This document shows, in pieces, positions 1 to 10,482 of a DNA stretch of 64,000 bases (position 1 is the stretch's first letter; each line of letters begins with the position of its first letter). This DNA comes from an uncultured Desulfatitalea sp. (GTDB taxonomy: Bacteria > Desulfobacterota > Desulfobacteria > Desulfobacterales > Desulfosarcinaceae). Below the pieces are notes generated by a model. It did not search any database and was not told where the DNA came from. It worked only from the letters and a program-made list of their open reading frames with translations. The translations under genes were made by a program, and so were the position numbers. The DNA is taken from assembly GCA_963668675.2 (NCBI GenBank), contig CAXXMB010000001.1:96001-160000 (forward strand). The letters run 5' to 3'.

Positions 1-16
1 CATAGGAGGAGATCCC

Positions 17-685
17 ATGGACCTATGTTATACGCTTAGTTTCACCGTCTTTCCGTACTTATGCCTCACCACCTTCGTGGTCGGGCACGCCTACCGCTAC
101 GTCACTGACCGCTACGGGTGGAACGCCCGATCCAGTGAGTTCCTGGAGAAGAAAGCCCTTCTGGCCGGGTCGGTTCTCTTCCACTGGGGTATTGTGTTCA
201 CCTTCCTGGGCCATGCCGGCGGTCTGCTGATACCGCAAAGCGTCTTGGACCGCTTCGGCATCGACAGCCAGGCCCATATGGAGATCGCCTTATGGAGCGG
301 GCTGGCCGTCGGGATAGCGGCTTTTGTCGGTGCGCTGCTCCTGTTAAAGCGGCGACTGACCCACCCCCGTGTACAAGCCGTCCGCCGGCTCAACGATACC
401 ATCACCATCGGTGCGCTGCTCCTGGTTATCGGAGCCGGTCTTTATAATGTCGTATTTGGACATTACAACGTACTGTACTCCGTGGCCCCCTGGATCAGAG
501 GGATCGTCACATTCACTCCCGATGCCATGCTGATGAAAGCAGTTCCCCTGAGTTACAAAATCCATGTGATCGCCGCCTGGGCCCTGCTGGGATTTTCGCC
601 TTTCAGTCGCTTGGTGCACATCTGGAGCGCGCCGCTGTATTACTTTTTCCGAACACCGATCGTGTTCCGGCGCCGCCTGGGGTGA
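17..685 (+). CDS. narI: Respiratory nitrate reductase gamma subunit (diheme cytochrome b, NarI family)
   Basis: 222 aa with 5 TM segments; NarI-like WNARSSEFLEKK...LFHWGI...GH and IHV...PFSRLVHIWS heme-ligand His motifs; AGGAGG RBS. Confidence 0.85.
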   Translation: MDLCYTLSFTVFPYLCLTTFVVGHAYRYVTDRYGWNARSSEFLEKKALLAGSVLFHWGIVFTFLGHAGGLLIPQSVLDRFGIDSQAHMEIALWSGLAVGIAAFVGALLLLKRRLTHPRVQAVRRLNDTITIGALLLVIGAGLYNVVFGHYNVLYSVAPWIRGIVTFTPDAMLMKAVPLSYKIHVIAAWALLGFSPFSRLVHIWSAPLYYFFRTPIVFRRRLG

Positions 686-715
686 TCATGAAAGTGCTTC
701 GATAAGGAACGGCTC

Positions 716-1759
716 ATGTCAATGTTGGTCAACAAACTTGAAAACCTCAACCCGGCGTATTTCGCCCTGGTGATGTCCACAGGCATTATCTCGATTGCGG
801 CCCATTACCAAGGGCTGGATCTAATCGCCACAATTCTTTTCAAATTCAATTTGGCCGCTTATGTCATCTTGTGGGTCATGTATATCGCCCGGATAATCCT
901 TTTCACGCGGCGGTTTCGAGACGACTTTCGCGACCACACGCTGGGCATGGGCTTCTTCACGTCCGTGGCCGCCTCCGGTGTGTTAGGCAGCCAGACACTC
1001 TTGCTCACTGGCCGCTTTACGTTCGCGGCGGTTTTGTGGTGTATCACCATTGCTTTATGGATCTGCCTTATTTACGGGCTGTTCACTGGGCTGATCACCA
1101 AGGAAACCAAGCCCACTATTGCCGAAGGCATCAACGGTGGCTGGCTGCTGGCCATTGTGGCCACCCAGGCCGTTACTGTGCTGAGTACGGCCATCGCGCC
1201 TTTTTTAGAATTTTACAGTGAACCGTTGCTGTTTTTGGCGTTTATTACCTGGTTGTTCGGCGGCATGCTCTATATTTGGATTATCTCACTTATTTTCTAT
1301 CGCTATTTGTTTTTTCATTTCTCCCCTCAAGACCTGACCCCGCCATATTGGATCAACATGGGCGCCGTGGCCATAACCACCTTGGGCGGTACCGGGCTGA
1401 TCGCCAATGCAGCGTCGTCCCCGTTTTTACTTGAACTTACCCCCTTTCTGAAGGGGTTCACTTTTTTCTTTTGGGCCACTGCGACTTGGTGGATTCCAAT
1501 GCTTGTTATCCTGGGAGTATGGCGCCACGGATACCGCCGTTTCCCTTTGCAATACAGCCCGCTGTTCTGGGGTGCGGTCTTTCCTTTGGGTATGTACACG
1601 GCCTGCACCCACCGCTTGGCTGAAGTGACTGCCGCGCCGTTGATTGCCGCTATTCCCAAAGTATTCGTTTACGTGGCCATGGCGGCATGGGGCGCTACCT
1701 TCATCGGAATGGTGCACAGCATCGTAACCAACCTGCGCGGGCCAAACGTATCGACTTAA
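716..1759 (+). CDS. TDT family (tellurite-resistance/C4-dicarboxylate/sulfite) transporter
   Basis: About 10 TM segments; PAYFALVMSTG, PPYWINMGA and WGAVFPLGMY motifs of the TDT/SLAC1 family. Confidence 0.85.
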   Translation: MSMLVNKLENLNPAYFALVMSTGIISIAAHYQGLDLIATILFKFNLAAYVILWVMYIARIILFTRRFRDDFRDHTLGMGFFTSVAASGVLGSQTLLLTGRFTFAAVLWCITIALWICLIYGLFTGLITKETKPTIAEGINGGWLLAIVATQAVTVLSTAIAPFLEFYSEPLLFLAFITWLFGGMLYIWIISLIFYRYLFFHFSPQDLTPPYWINMGAVAITTLGGTGLIANAASSPFLLELTPFLKGFTFFFWATATWWIPMLVILGVWRHGYRRFPLQYSPLFWGAVFPLGMYTACTHRLAEVTAAPLIAAIPKVFVYVAMAAWGATFIGMVHSIVTNLRGPNVST

Positions 1760-1893
1760 GATACGGCCGGTTGTGAGGTGCGGCCGGTTTCGGGGTAACT
1801 TCTTCGCCACCTCCTGAGAAGATTCGGTATTTGCCAATGGCAGCAATTGAATTCAAACTCAAACACCCCGCAAAGCGGGGGCAAGGAGCAACC

Positions 1894-2889
1894 ATGGACA
1901 TCACAACCGACTACCTCGGCCTGAAGCTGAGCAGCCCCGTCATTGTCGGCAGTTCGGGATTGACCGGTTCGGTGGAAAAAATATCGGCCTTTGCGAAAAA
2001 GGGCGCCGGAGCCGTTGTGCTCAAATCAATCTTCGAAGAGGAGATCCTGTTCGAATACGAAGATATTTTGAAAGAAGCGAACGGCGAAGGCGTCGATCTG
2101 GGCCAGTTCGACTACTATGACTTTTATCTTAAAGACAAAAAAGTGAACGGGTATACTGACCTGATCAGAGCCGCCAAGAAAGAGGTGGACATTCCGGTTA
2201 TCGCCAGCATCAACTGCCTCTATTCTCATGAGTGGACCGCCTTCGCCGGCCGTATCCAGGAGGCCGGCGCCGATGCCGTGGAGCTGAACATGTTCTTCCT
2301 GCCATCGGATTTCACCCGCTCCGCCAAGGAACAGGAAGAGGTCTACTTCAGGATCGTCGACAAGATCCTCGAAGCTGTTTCTATACCCGTCGCATTGAAA
2401 ATCAGCTATTATTTTTCGAACCTCGGGCCGATGATCCAGAAACTATCCCGCACGGGGATCGGCGGCCTGGTACTGTTTAACCGCTTTTTCAGCCCTGACA
2501 TCGACATCGAAAGCCTCAAGGTCAAACCCTCTTTTGTCTTCAGCACGCCGGCCGAGCTGGCCGTATCGCTGCGCTGGATCGCCATTATGGCCCAAAAGGT
2601 CGATTGTGACCTTGCCGCCTCAACTGGGGTGCATGACGGCCCGGCGCTCGTCAAGCAGTTGCTGGCCGGGGCCAAGGCAGTTCAGGTGGTCTCCTCCCTC
2701 TATCAAAAAGGGCCGGAGCATATCGGTACAATGATCGGCAGCCTGAAGCAGTGGATGCAACGGCACGGGTACGCGAATCTCACGGATTTTCGGGGCAAGA
2801 TGAGTCAGGAGGCGGCTGGTAATCCCGCCGTGTACGAACGGGCCCAATTCATGCGTTATTTCGGGGGTGAAAAGGGTGATGCACTGTAA
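1894..2889 (+). CDS. Dihydroorotate dehydrogenase-like flavoprotein, copy 1
   Basis: YLGLKLSSPVIVGSS, GAGAVVLKSIFEE, LFNRF, YERAQFM; start moved to ATG 1894 behind the AGGAG RBS. Confidence 0.85.
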   Translation: MDITTDYLGLKLSSPVIVGSSGLTGSVEKISAFAKKGAGAVVLKSIFEEEILFEYEDILKEANGEGVDLGQFDYYDFYLKDKKVNGYTDLIRAAKKEVDIPVIASINCLYSHEWTAFAGRIQEAGADAVELNMFFLPSDFTRSAKEQEEVYFRIVDKILEAVSIPVALKISYYFSNLGPMIQKLSRTGIGGLVLFNRFFSPDIDIESLKVKPSFVFSTPAELAVSLRWIAIMAQKVDCDLAASTGVHDGPALVKQLLAGAKAVQVVSSLYQKGPEHIGTMIGSLKQWMQRHGYANLTDFRGKMSQEAAGNPAVYERAQFMRYFGGEKGDAL

Positions 2890-2976
2890 AGATTGCAGGC
2901 TGCTGATTTTCATACAGAGCTCGATCCGCGTAGTCGTTGATACGATTCACTTCCATTTGCATCTGAAAGGATTTTC

Positions 2977-4005
2977 ATGAAAAACCCAATCCCCGGCGAC
3001 CTGCTGACCACTGCCATGGCGGTGATGCCCCACACGGACGTGGATCGCGCTCTCGAGATGGCACTGTCTCTCGACGTGCCCTACTGGCCGCAACTGCCCA
3101 ACTATAGCTACTATGAAGACATGTACGTGCAGGCCGCCGAGCATTTTCCCGGCATCGTGCTGGACCTGGAGAAGCGTACCCTGCGCTTCTCCATCGACAA
3201 ATTCGCAGAAGAGCTGGAAGCGGCTCTGCTGCGCTTCGACGATCCGGAGATGTTCGACATCAGCGAGACCTACTCGGCGGTCTACCACCGCTTCCTGGGC
3301 CTGAATCTGGCCGATCGGCCGGCCATAAGGGGCCAGCTCGAAGGGCCGATCAGTTTCGGGTTCAACATTCTGGACCAGGACGAACGACCGATTCTCTTCG
3401 ACGACACCGTGCGCTCCTTCATGCTGGACTTCATGTCCAAGCGTTTGAATGTCCAACTGGCACGGCTTCGGCAGCTGAACCCCAACGCTTTCATGTTCGT
3501 CGACGAGCCGGGGCTGCAGTTTCTCTTTTCGGCCATGGCGGGCTATGGCGATCTCAAGGCCAAGGGGGACCTGGACCAGTTTTTTAGCCAGGTGGACCGG
3601 CCCCGGGGCATTCACCTGTGCGGCAACCCGGATTGGGACTTCCTGCTAAATCTGGACCTGGAGGTGCTGTCGCTGGATGTGTACACCAACGCCGAGGTCT
3701 TCGCTTCCTATGCTAAGTCTATTGCCAAATTCCTCGATCGGGGAGGCGTGATTGTCTGGGGCATCGTGCCCACCGGGTTCGAGGCCTTCTCCCAAGAAGA
3801 GATACCCGCCCTGATACAGCGTCTGGAGGCGATCTGGAATATTTTGTGGGCCAAAGGCATTGACCGTGAACTGACGATCTCGCGCGCCATGATCTCCCCG
3901 GCCACCTGTTGCCTGGTCAACCCGGACAAAGAGCGCACCGTGGAGCGCGCCTTCGCCTCCGTCAACCAAATGGCCGCCATCCTGCGGGAGAAATATCTGC
4001 GCTGA
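2977..4005 (+). CDS. Core-MetE / MesB-like folate-independent methionine synthase family protein
   Basis: 342 aa single barrel; MPHTD, WPQLP, FVDEP, Zn-ligand GIHLCGN and C-terminal SPATCCL. Confidence 0.65.
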   Translation: MKNPIPGDLLTTAMAVMPHTDVDRALEMALSLDVPYWPQLPNYSYYEDMYVQAAEHFPGIVLDLEKRTLRFSIDKFAEELEAALLRFDDPEMFDISETYSAVYHRFLGLNLADRPAIRGQLEGPISFGFNILDQDERPILFDDTVRSFMLDFMSKRLNVQLARLRQLNPNAFMFVDEPGLQFLFSAMAGYGDLKAKGDLDQFFSQVDRPRGIHLCGNPDWDFLLNLDLEVLSLDVYTNAEVFASYAKSIAKFLDRGGVIVWGIVPTGFEAFSQEEIPALIQRLEAIWNILWAKGIDRELTISRAMISPATCCLVNPDKERTVERAFASVNQMAAILREKYLR

Positions 4006-4061
4006 TCCGGCCATGCCGGTAGCGTCATGTGAAACCGTAAACTGAACGAAAGGAGAAAGGC

Positions 4062-5087
4062 ATGGATCTGACAACCAATTACATGGGCCTGGATTTGACA
4101 AGCCCTGTCATTGCCGGCAGTTCAGGAATGACCGGTTCGGTGGAACAGGTCAAGACCCTGGCGGACAACGGCGCCGGGGCTGTGGTGCTCAAGTCAATCT
4201 TCGAAGAGGAGGTGATGAACGAATACGCCGACTTCATCAAGACCGCCAGAGGGCAATACGGCGATCCTCAATACTTCGATTTCGAAGGCCAGCGCAGTCC
4301 GATCGAATACTACGACTATGTGCTCCGCGAGGAGAACCTGAAAAAATACATCACCCTGGTCGAGGAGTGCAAGGCGGCGGTGGCCATTCCGGTGATGGCC
4401 AGCATCAACTGTTTCTTTTATTCGGTGGAGTGGCTCTCATATGCCGTTAACCTGGAACGGGCAGGGGCCGACGCACTGGAGCTGAACATGTTTTTTCCAC
4501 CCACCGATTTCAAACACTCGCGGGAAGAAAAAGAGTCCCTCTACTTCCAAATCGCCGAACAGGTGACCCAGGCGGTCTCGATCCCGGTGGCCTTGAAAAT
4601 CAGCCCGTACTTCACCGACTTAGGCCCCATGATCCAGCGGCTTTCTCAAACCGGTATCAAGGGCATCGTGCTGTTCAACCGATTTTTCAGCCCCGACATC
4701 GATATCGATAGATTGGAAGTGAAACCTTCCTTCGTGTTCAGCACCCCGGCGGAGTTGGCCTTGTCGCTGCGCTGGATCGCCGTGATGGCCAACAAGGTCG
4801 ATTGCCATCTTGCGGCCTCCACCGGTGTGCACAGTGCAGAGGCGGTCATCAAACATCTGCTGGCCGGGGCTGACGCGGTTCAGGTTGCTTCGTGTCTTTA
4901 CAAAAACGGGCCGCAGTACATGAGTGAGCTGATAGACGGCCTGGGGACCTGGATGAAAGGCCACAGCTACAGTCGCATCTCGGATTTCAACGGCAAGTTG
5001 AGTCAGGAACGCAGCGCCGATCCGGCTGTTTACGAAAGAGCCCAGTTCATGCGTTACTTCGGAGGCAAGAAGAACGTGACGCTCTGA
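4062..5087 (+). CDS. Dihydroorotate dehydrogenase-like flavoprotein, copy 2
   Basis: Close paralog of 1894-2889 (shared GAVVLKSIFEEE, LFNRFFSPDID, KPSFVFSTPAELA, PAVYERAQFMRYFGG). Confidence 0.85.
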   Translation: MDLTTNYMGLDLTSPVIAGSSGMTGSVEQVKTLADNGAGAVVLKSIFEEEVMNEYADFIKTARGQYGDPQYFDFEGQRSPIEYYDYVLREENLKKYITLVEECKAAVAIPVMASINCFFYSVEWLSYAVNLERAGADALELNMFFPPTDFKHSREEKESLYFQIAEQVTQAVSIPVALKISPYFTDLGPMIQRLSQTGIKGIVLFNRFFSPDIDIDRLEVKPSFVFSTPAELALSLRWIAVMANKVDCHLAASTGVHSAEAVIKHLLAGADAVQVASCLYKNGPQYMSELIDGLGTWMKGHSYSRISDFNGKLSQERSADPAVYERAQFMRYFGGKKNVTL

Positions 5088-5273
5088 TGCGCCGACACCT
5101 CCATACAGAGCCGAGCGTGAGCCTATCGGATCCGGCCCCTGCTCATGCGGTTTGTCTTATCAGTGGTGATACAAAAGATCGCTTTCTGCACTCATTTAGT
5201 TTACAATCTGACCGTGGAGCGGCATTGCCGGATCGTCAATCTGATGGAGTAGCGAAAGCGAAATGGGATTCCA

Positions 5274-6305
5274 ATGATAGCGATTGTCAAACAGGGCAGC
5301 GGGCCCGGCGTTGAAATCGTCGAGATGGAAACGCCGGTGGTAGAGGAGTCCGACATTCTTCTCAGGGTCCTGGCGGCAGCCGTCTGCGGCAGTGATGTTC
5401 ACATGTATGAGGGCACGCCAGGTTATGAGTGGGTGCCGGTGCCGATTGTTCTGGGGCATGAGTTCGCAGGCGAAGTGGTCGCGGTCGGCAGGCGTGTTAC
5501 AGGGATTGCAATCGGTGAGCGGATCACCGCGCTGCCGACCATGCCATGCGGGGCGTGCGAAGCGTGCCGCATGGGGAGGGTGGGCCGTTGCACGAATCGA
5601 TACGTCCTGGGCCTGACCCGAAACGGCGCCTTCGCCGAATATATGCGCATCAAAAGCGGGGCAGAGATACTGAAAATCCCTGACAATGTATCGAATGAAG
5701 TGGCCGCGCTTTGCGAACCCCTTGCGATTTGCTTGAATGGTGTCGATCTGTCCGGCATCAAGCCCGGACAGACGGCTGCCGTTTTCGGGCCTGGTCCCAT
5801 TGGCTTGCTCACCGTCCAACTTCTAAAAGCGGCCGGGGTGGGAACCATTGTCGTCACCGGCACCGGTGTCGACAAGCACAGGCTCGATATCGCACAACAG
5901 CTCGGCGCGGACGTCATCGTCGATGTGGGGCAGGGGGACCCGGTTGCAAGCATCAAGGCGGCGGCAGGCCCGTTGGACGTGGTTTTCGAAGCGACCGGCA
6001 TCCCTCATACGATCTCGCAGGGGCTTGAAGTGCTCAAGAAAGGTGGGAAGGTGATGGTGATGGGCATTCACGGTGATAAGGCCACCTTTGACCCCATCGA
6101 CCTGGTGCGGCGCCGCAAATCACTGGTCGGCGTGTACGGATATGACCGGAGCACCTGGTTGCGGGCGCTGCGCCTGATGTCGACCGGAAAGATTGATATC
6201 ACACCCATTATCACCCATCGGCTTCCCTTTTCACAGGGGAAAAAAGGGTTTGAACTGGCATCCAGCAGAGTTGCGGCCAAGGTGGTTTTTGGTCCGGAAG
6301 TATAA
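5274..6305 (+). CDS. Zinc-dependent medium-chain alcohol dehydrogenase (threonine/sorbitol DH-like)
   Basis: CGSD, GHEFAG, CxxCxxCx7C structural Zn site, GPGPIG NAD-binding motif. Confidence 0.9.
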   Translation: MIAIVKQGSGPGVEIVEMETPVVEESDILLRVLAAAVCGSDVHMYEGTPGYEWVPVPIVLGHEFAGEVVAVGRRVTGIAIGERITALPTMPCGACEACRMGRVGRCTNRYVLGLTRNGAFAEYMRIKSGAEILKIPDNVSNEVAALCEPLAICLNGVDLSGIKPGQTAAVFGPGPIGLLTVQLLKAAGVGTIVVTGTGVDKHRLDIAQQLGADVIVDVGQGDPVASIKAAAGPLDVVFEATGIPHTISQGLEVLKKGGKVMVMGIHGDKATFDPIDLVRRRKSLVGVYGYDRSTWLRALRLMSTGKIDITPIITHRLPFSQGKKGFELASSRVAAKVVFGPEV

Positions 6306-6347
6306 GATAGAGCAGGCGAAATTTTAAGATTACTTCAGGAGCGTGTA

Positions 6348-8069
6348 ATGAAAGTCGGAGATAAACTGGCAAAGTTGCTAATGGAAAATGGGGTAAGATA
6401 TGTATTCGGCGTTCCGGGCGGACAAACCCTGCCGCTGTACGATGGGATCAGGAAACTGGAGGGGCGCATCGAACACGTCGTGATGCGTGACGAGCGCAGT
6501 GCCGGGTTTGCCGCGGACGCCTATGCACGCTTGACCAACCGGGTCGGTGTCTGCGATGCCACCGTGGGACCCGGGGCGACCAACCTGGTTTCACCACTGG
6601 CCGAGGCCCACTGCTCGTCCATTCCGCTGATTGCCATCATCTCCGATATTTCGAGGTCCTGGGAGCATCGCCGTATCAGGGGCAACGCCTCGCAGGCCAT
6701 CGAACAGCTCGACATCTTCCGGACCGTCAGTAAATGGCAGGTCGGCATCAATGATCCAAAGGCTCTCGAGGGTACGGTCGATGCGGCATTTCGCGTTGCC
6801 ACGAGCGGCAAGCCCGGACCGGTCGTCATTTCGGTGCCGGAGGATGTGGGCGCGACGGATTTTGATTTTCGGGATCGACGGAACGAGCGGGAGGGAGCGG
6901 TGTACCCACGCTCCTTCTCTGCACCGGACCCGGAAGAGATCCAAACGGCAGGTCGCATGCTCATGCAGGCCAAGAGCCCTGTCTTTGTGGTGGGTGGCGG
7001 GGCGCATATCTCAGGCTGCTACGATCAACTCAAGGCATTGGCCGAGCAGGTCAACGCGGCCGTCATCACTACTATTTCGGGCAAGGGAATCCTGGAAGAG
7101 ACGCACCACCAGGCGTTTGGGGTAACCGGTTCCTTCGGCAACCCCATCGCAAGGGACGTTATGCAGGCGGCGGATCTGGTCTTTTTTATCGGCTGCAAAG
7201 TCGGGCAGCTGACGACCTTCGGGTATCGCCTGCCTTCCAAGATCACTCCGGTTATTCATCTCGACGCCGACCCTGAAGAGATCGGACGCAACTATCCGGA
7301 TAGCATTCCCCTGGTTGGCGACGCCCGGTTGGGATTGAAAGCGCTTATCGACGTTACGCGAGGCCAGAAATCGTCTGCAAGCTGGAATTTCGATGCCTAC
7401 GCGCAGAAGTACCAGTTATGGTACAAGAATATCACTGCCGATCCATTTGGATCCGAAGGCGCTTTAAGGCCCCAAGCTGTCATGGCCGCCGTGAACCGCG
7501 TACTGACTGGCGACGATCTGTTGGTGTGCGATGCCAGCCTTGCCTCGGGATGGGCCGCGGCCTATCTTCAGCTCCCGGCAGCCGGCCGAAAATACCTTGC
7601 CCCCAGGGGGCTGGCTGGCCTGGGCTGGGGATCTCCGGCGGCCATCGGTGCCGCCTTGGCATCCGGAAAAGAGAAACGGGTATTGCAGTTCGCCGGTGAC
7701 GGCGGTTTCGGCTATTCGGTTCAGGAGCTGGAGGTGATGAATCGCCTGAAACTGCCGGTTGTCGCCCTGGTGCTCAACAACAGCGTTTTCGGATGGATCA
7801 AGCATGTTCAACGGGATTTCTACGACGCGAAGTATATATCTACGGATTTCGCAACGGTCGACTTTGCAACGGTCGCCAAGGGGTTTGGCGTCAGAAGTTA
7901 CAAAGTGAAAAGCATTGAGGAGTTGGACCAGGCCCTGTTATTGGAAGAATCGCCCCAGGGACCGGCGGTTATCGAAATCATATCCGATCAATGGGAATCA
8001 CCGGTGATCAAATTGAAAAGAGACAACGCCGACCTTCGGAAGCAGCGCAAAGGCGCCTACGGCGCATAG
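6348..8069 (+). CDS. Thiamine pyrophosphate-dependent enzyme, acetolactate synthase large subunit-like
   Basis: FGVPGG, RDE, GPGATN, GDGG...LNN TPP-binding motif. Confidence 0.85.
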   Translation: MKVGDKLAKLLMENGVRYVFGVPGGQTLPLYDGIRKLEGRIEHVVMRDERSAGFAADAYARLTNRVGVCDATVGPGATNLVSPLAEAHCSSIPLIAIISDISRSWEHRRIRGNASQAIEQLDIFRTVSKWQVGINDPKALEGTVDAAFRVATSGKPGPVVISVPEDVGATDFDFRDRRNEREGAVYPRSFSAPDPEEIQTAGRMLMQAKSPVFVVGGGAHISGCYDQLKALAEQVNAAVITTISGKGILEETHHQAFGVTGSFGNPIARDVMQAADLVFFIGCKVGQLTTFGYRLPSKITPVIHLDADPEEIGRNYPDSIPLVGDARLGLKALIDVTRGQKSSASWNFDAYAQKYQLWYKNITADPFGSEGALRPQAVMAAVNRVLTGDDLLVCDASLASGWAAAYLQLPAAGRKYLAPRGLAGLGWGSPAAIGAALASGKEKRVLQFAGDGGFGYSVQELEVMNRLKLPVVALVLNNSVFGWIKHVQRDFYDAKYISTDFATVDFATVAKGFGVRSYKVKSIEELDQALLLEESPQGPAVIEIISDQWESPVIKLKRDNADLRKQRKGAYGA

Positions 8070-8565
8070 AGACGCCAAATGAAACTTTAATGCAAAGACG
8101 GATTAAGGCGAGAGATTCTTGATGCCCTAAGCTATGAATGAATCGAAGACCGGAAAGCTGCTGAGCACCGCTTCATGACTCTGCGCGGTTTGGTAAAACT
8201 TCTGGCGGACCAGGGCCTCTTGCAGCGAAGATGGCGCGAAACGTACTGGATGTTTAGCAGCATGTGGAGTTCATTGTCCGTGAATTGGATGGCATGGGGC
8301 GGAAGTTGAAATCTATCGGTACGTTGCGGGAAAATCGGGTGGACACGACAACAATTGACCACCATCTGTCTGGCCGCAGCACTTCCCTAATATCTTGGTG
8401 GATCCTCGGCAGGGTTTTCTTGGTGCCGCTTTATGTTTGCGCACGCTTCCAAATTTCAACGCTGCGTATTCCTATCTCAGTCGAATTATAAAAATGACAA
8501 AGATTTATTATATAGCCAATTTAATTCGATAACTTAAGTAAATTATCCCGCTCTATTGAAGGCAT

Positions 8566-8580
8566 TGACAAAAATTGTCA
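8566..8580. promoter_or_regulatory. Palindrome TGACA-N5-TGTCA, candidate enhancer/regulator site
   Basis: Perfect 5-bp inverted repeat in the AT-rich intergenic region, about 250 bp upstream of a sigma54-type promoter. Confidence 0.35.
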
Positions 8581-8826
8581 CCCTCTGGCAATTAATTTAA
8601 TCAAATTTGTATTCGCTTGAATATTAAATGGTTAAACATTGACAATGCACTTGGAACGATTTGCTCGGTTAGGACGCCTAAAAAAAGTTAATAGTGCATA
8701 CAGGATTGAGTTCCTATATATTCGCCTTCCAATCTTTGTCGGCCGACGTTCTTTCTCTTTCATCATACTGAATATATGGATCTATTTCAGGTAAACCATC
8801 CTGGTAAAACGTTCATCTCTATAGCA

Positions 8827-8842
8827 TGGTATGTTTGTTGCT
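8827..8842 (+). promoter_or_regulatory. sigma54 -24/-12 promoter of the minor pilin cassette
   Basis: TGGTATGTTTGTTGCT = GG-N10-GC with TTGCT, about 140 bp upstream of the first pilin gene. Confidence 0.6.
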
Positions 8843-8979
8843 GTATCCAAGCTCATTCAAGGTTAGCGCTGTTATCTCTGTTTTGGAATATAAAAACCAG
8901 CCGGTTAATCGGATGTAGTAAGGGTTTGGCTGTCTGAATAGGAAAGAATCAACTCGGTTTTAGACCAAAGCTAAGGAAA

Positions 8980-9519
8980 GTGGAAAACATGAAGCTATCA
9001 TTGCCGCTTGGCTGTGGGGCTCCAGCAAAGCTCCTGAGGAAAAGATCTAAGGGGTTTACACTGGTAGAAATGATAACCGCGATGACAATCATTGCAGTTG
9101 TTCTTACAATTGCAGCTCCGATGGTTGGCGAATATTTAAGGTCGGTAGCCCTGAAAGATGCTGTCTATAAGGTAGTCGGAGATCTGAATGTAATTAAATC
9201 ACAAGCCATTAAGACCCAGGTCGGCTGCCAGATCAATTTCGACAATGCCAACCATCAGTATACCCTTTCAAATCCAAATCGTACCATGGATTTAACTGCA
9301 TATCGGGGCAATGTAAGGTTTACCGTCAACCCAGCTGGTGCTGATGACTTCTCACTTGTGATCGGTATATCACCTAGGGGAATTTCCGATTTAGTCCCTC
9401 CTGCGACGACACAAGTGTATCTGACCAACCAGGACAATCGTATCTTTCGAATTGAGACTTCGGCAGCTGGCGCAGTCACCTTTCGCGAATTTAATTCTGC
9501 TACAAATAGTTGGATATGA
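8980..9519 (+). CDS. fimU: Type IV minor pilin FimU/FimT-like
   Basis: Class III signal KG/FTLVEM plus hydrophobic helix; first gene of the cassette (alternative start 8989). Confidence 0.75.
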   Translation: MENMKLSLPLGCGAPAKLLRKRSKGFTLVEMITAMTIIAVVLTIAAPMVGEYLRSVALKDAVYKVVGDLNVIKSQAIKTQVGCQINFDNANHQYTLSNPNRTMDLTAYRGNVRFTVNPAGADDFSLVIGISPRGISDLVPPATTQVYLTNQDNRIFRIETSAAGAVTFREFNSATNSWI

Positions 9520-9531
9520 CAGGAGCGGGAC

Positions 9532-10437
9532 ATGCATATCAATAAAGACCATAGGCCATTGGCGAAATTGAACAGGGCCGGTTTCACTTTAATTGAGCTG
9601 GTCGTCGCAATTGGTATTTCATCCATTTTCTGCGCGATTTCGCTTGCGGTGTTCAGCGACGTTCAAACCAGCAGTTCCCAACAGGTTGAATTTAATATGC
9701 TTCAACAAAATCAACGCGGCGTGCTGGCAATCATGGAACGAGAGCTGAGGATGATCGGAATGGATAGAAATCCAGATCCTGTCAATGATCTTGAAACATT
9801 CAGGGTAATGGATGTGCGTTGGTATGGTATCACCGCGCCTGGGACAATATCTGTGCCTGATAACACGGCTCCTTTTGGAAGTCCGGCGCTGCAGTTTACT
9901 GCGGATTTGGATAACGATCTGACCGTTGACGCAGACGAGACCATCACATACTTGCTCTATGACCGGGACGGCGATGGCGACCCGAATGTATTTGACCTGG
10001 CGCGAAGCCAGACCAATGCCGGCACCGGTCAAGTGGCTGGCCGACAGATTTTGGTTGAAGGTGTTCAGGCCCTGGAATTCGCCTTTGCTTTCGATGCTGA
10101 CGATGACAACCAGGTCGATCGTGCGGTTGTCGTGGCCGGCCAACCGCCGGCCATTGTTTGGGCAATGGATTCAAACAACGACGGTCTTCTGGATTCAGAT
10201 TTGCTCGGTGCTGGTTTAAATACATATAACTATGAAAATGGCGGAGCTTTTCCCGCAACCGTGCGACCGCAGGATATTCGTGCTGTTCGGGTCTGGATCC
10301 TGGGACGGTCCCTGCGTCCAGACAGAAATTATCTGGATGAGCATCAATACTCAGTGGGGAGCAGGGTGCTTGGACCATTCAATGACAATTTCAGGCGTTG
10401 GCTGATCAGTGAGATCATCCACTGTCGAAATTTGTAG
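9532..10437 (+). CDS. pilW: Type IV minor pilin PilW-like
   Basis: AG/FTLIEL prepilin motif; MERELRMIG; IRAVRVWILGRS; C-terminal CRNL. Confidence 0.8.
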   Translation: MHINKDHRPLAKLNRAGFTLIELVVAIGISSIFCAISLAVFSDVQTSSSQQVEFNMLQQNQRGVLAIMERELRMIGMDRNPDPVNDLETFRVMDVRWYGITAPGTISVPDNTAPFGSPALQFTADLDNDLTVDADETITYLLYDRDGDGDPNVFDLARSQTNAGTGQVAGRQILVEGVQALEFAFAFDADDDNQVDRAVVVAGQPPAIVWAMDSNNDGLLDSDLLGAGLNTYNYENGGAFPATVRPQDIRAVRVWILGRSLRPDRNYLDEHQYSVGSRVLGPFNDNFRRWLISEIIHCRNL

Positions 10438-10482
10438 TAGATGCTTTTTTAAAGAAGGGTTCAAACGCAAGGAGAAAACACA

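Noticed and set aside
8132..8491. Short ORFs after the TPP enzyme
   Set aside because: No RBS or recognisable motif; may be a decayed fragment but cannot be supported
8652..8665. TGGAACGATTTGCT as a second sigma54 site
   Set aside because: GG-GC spacing is 8 nt, not the required 10
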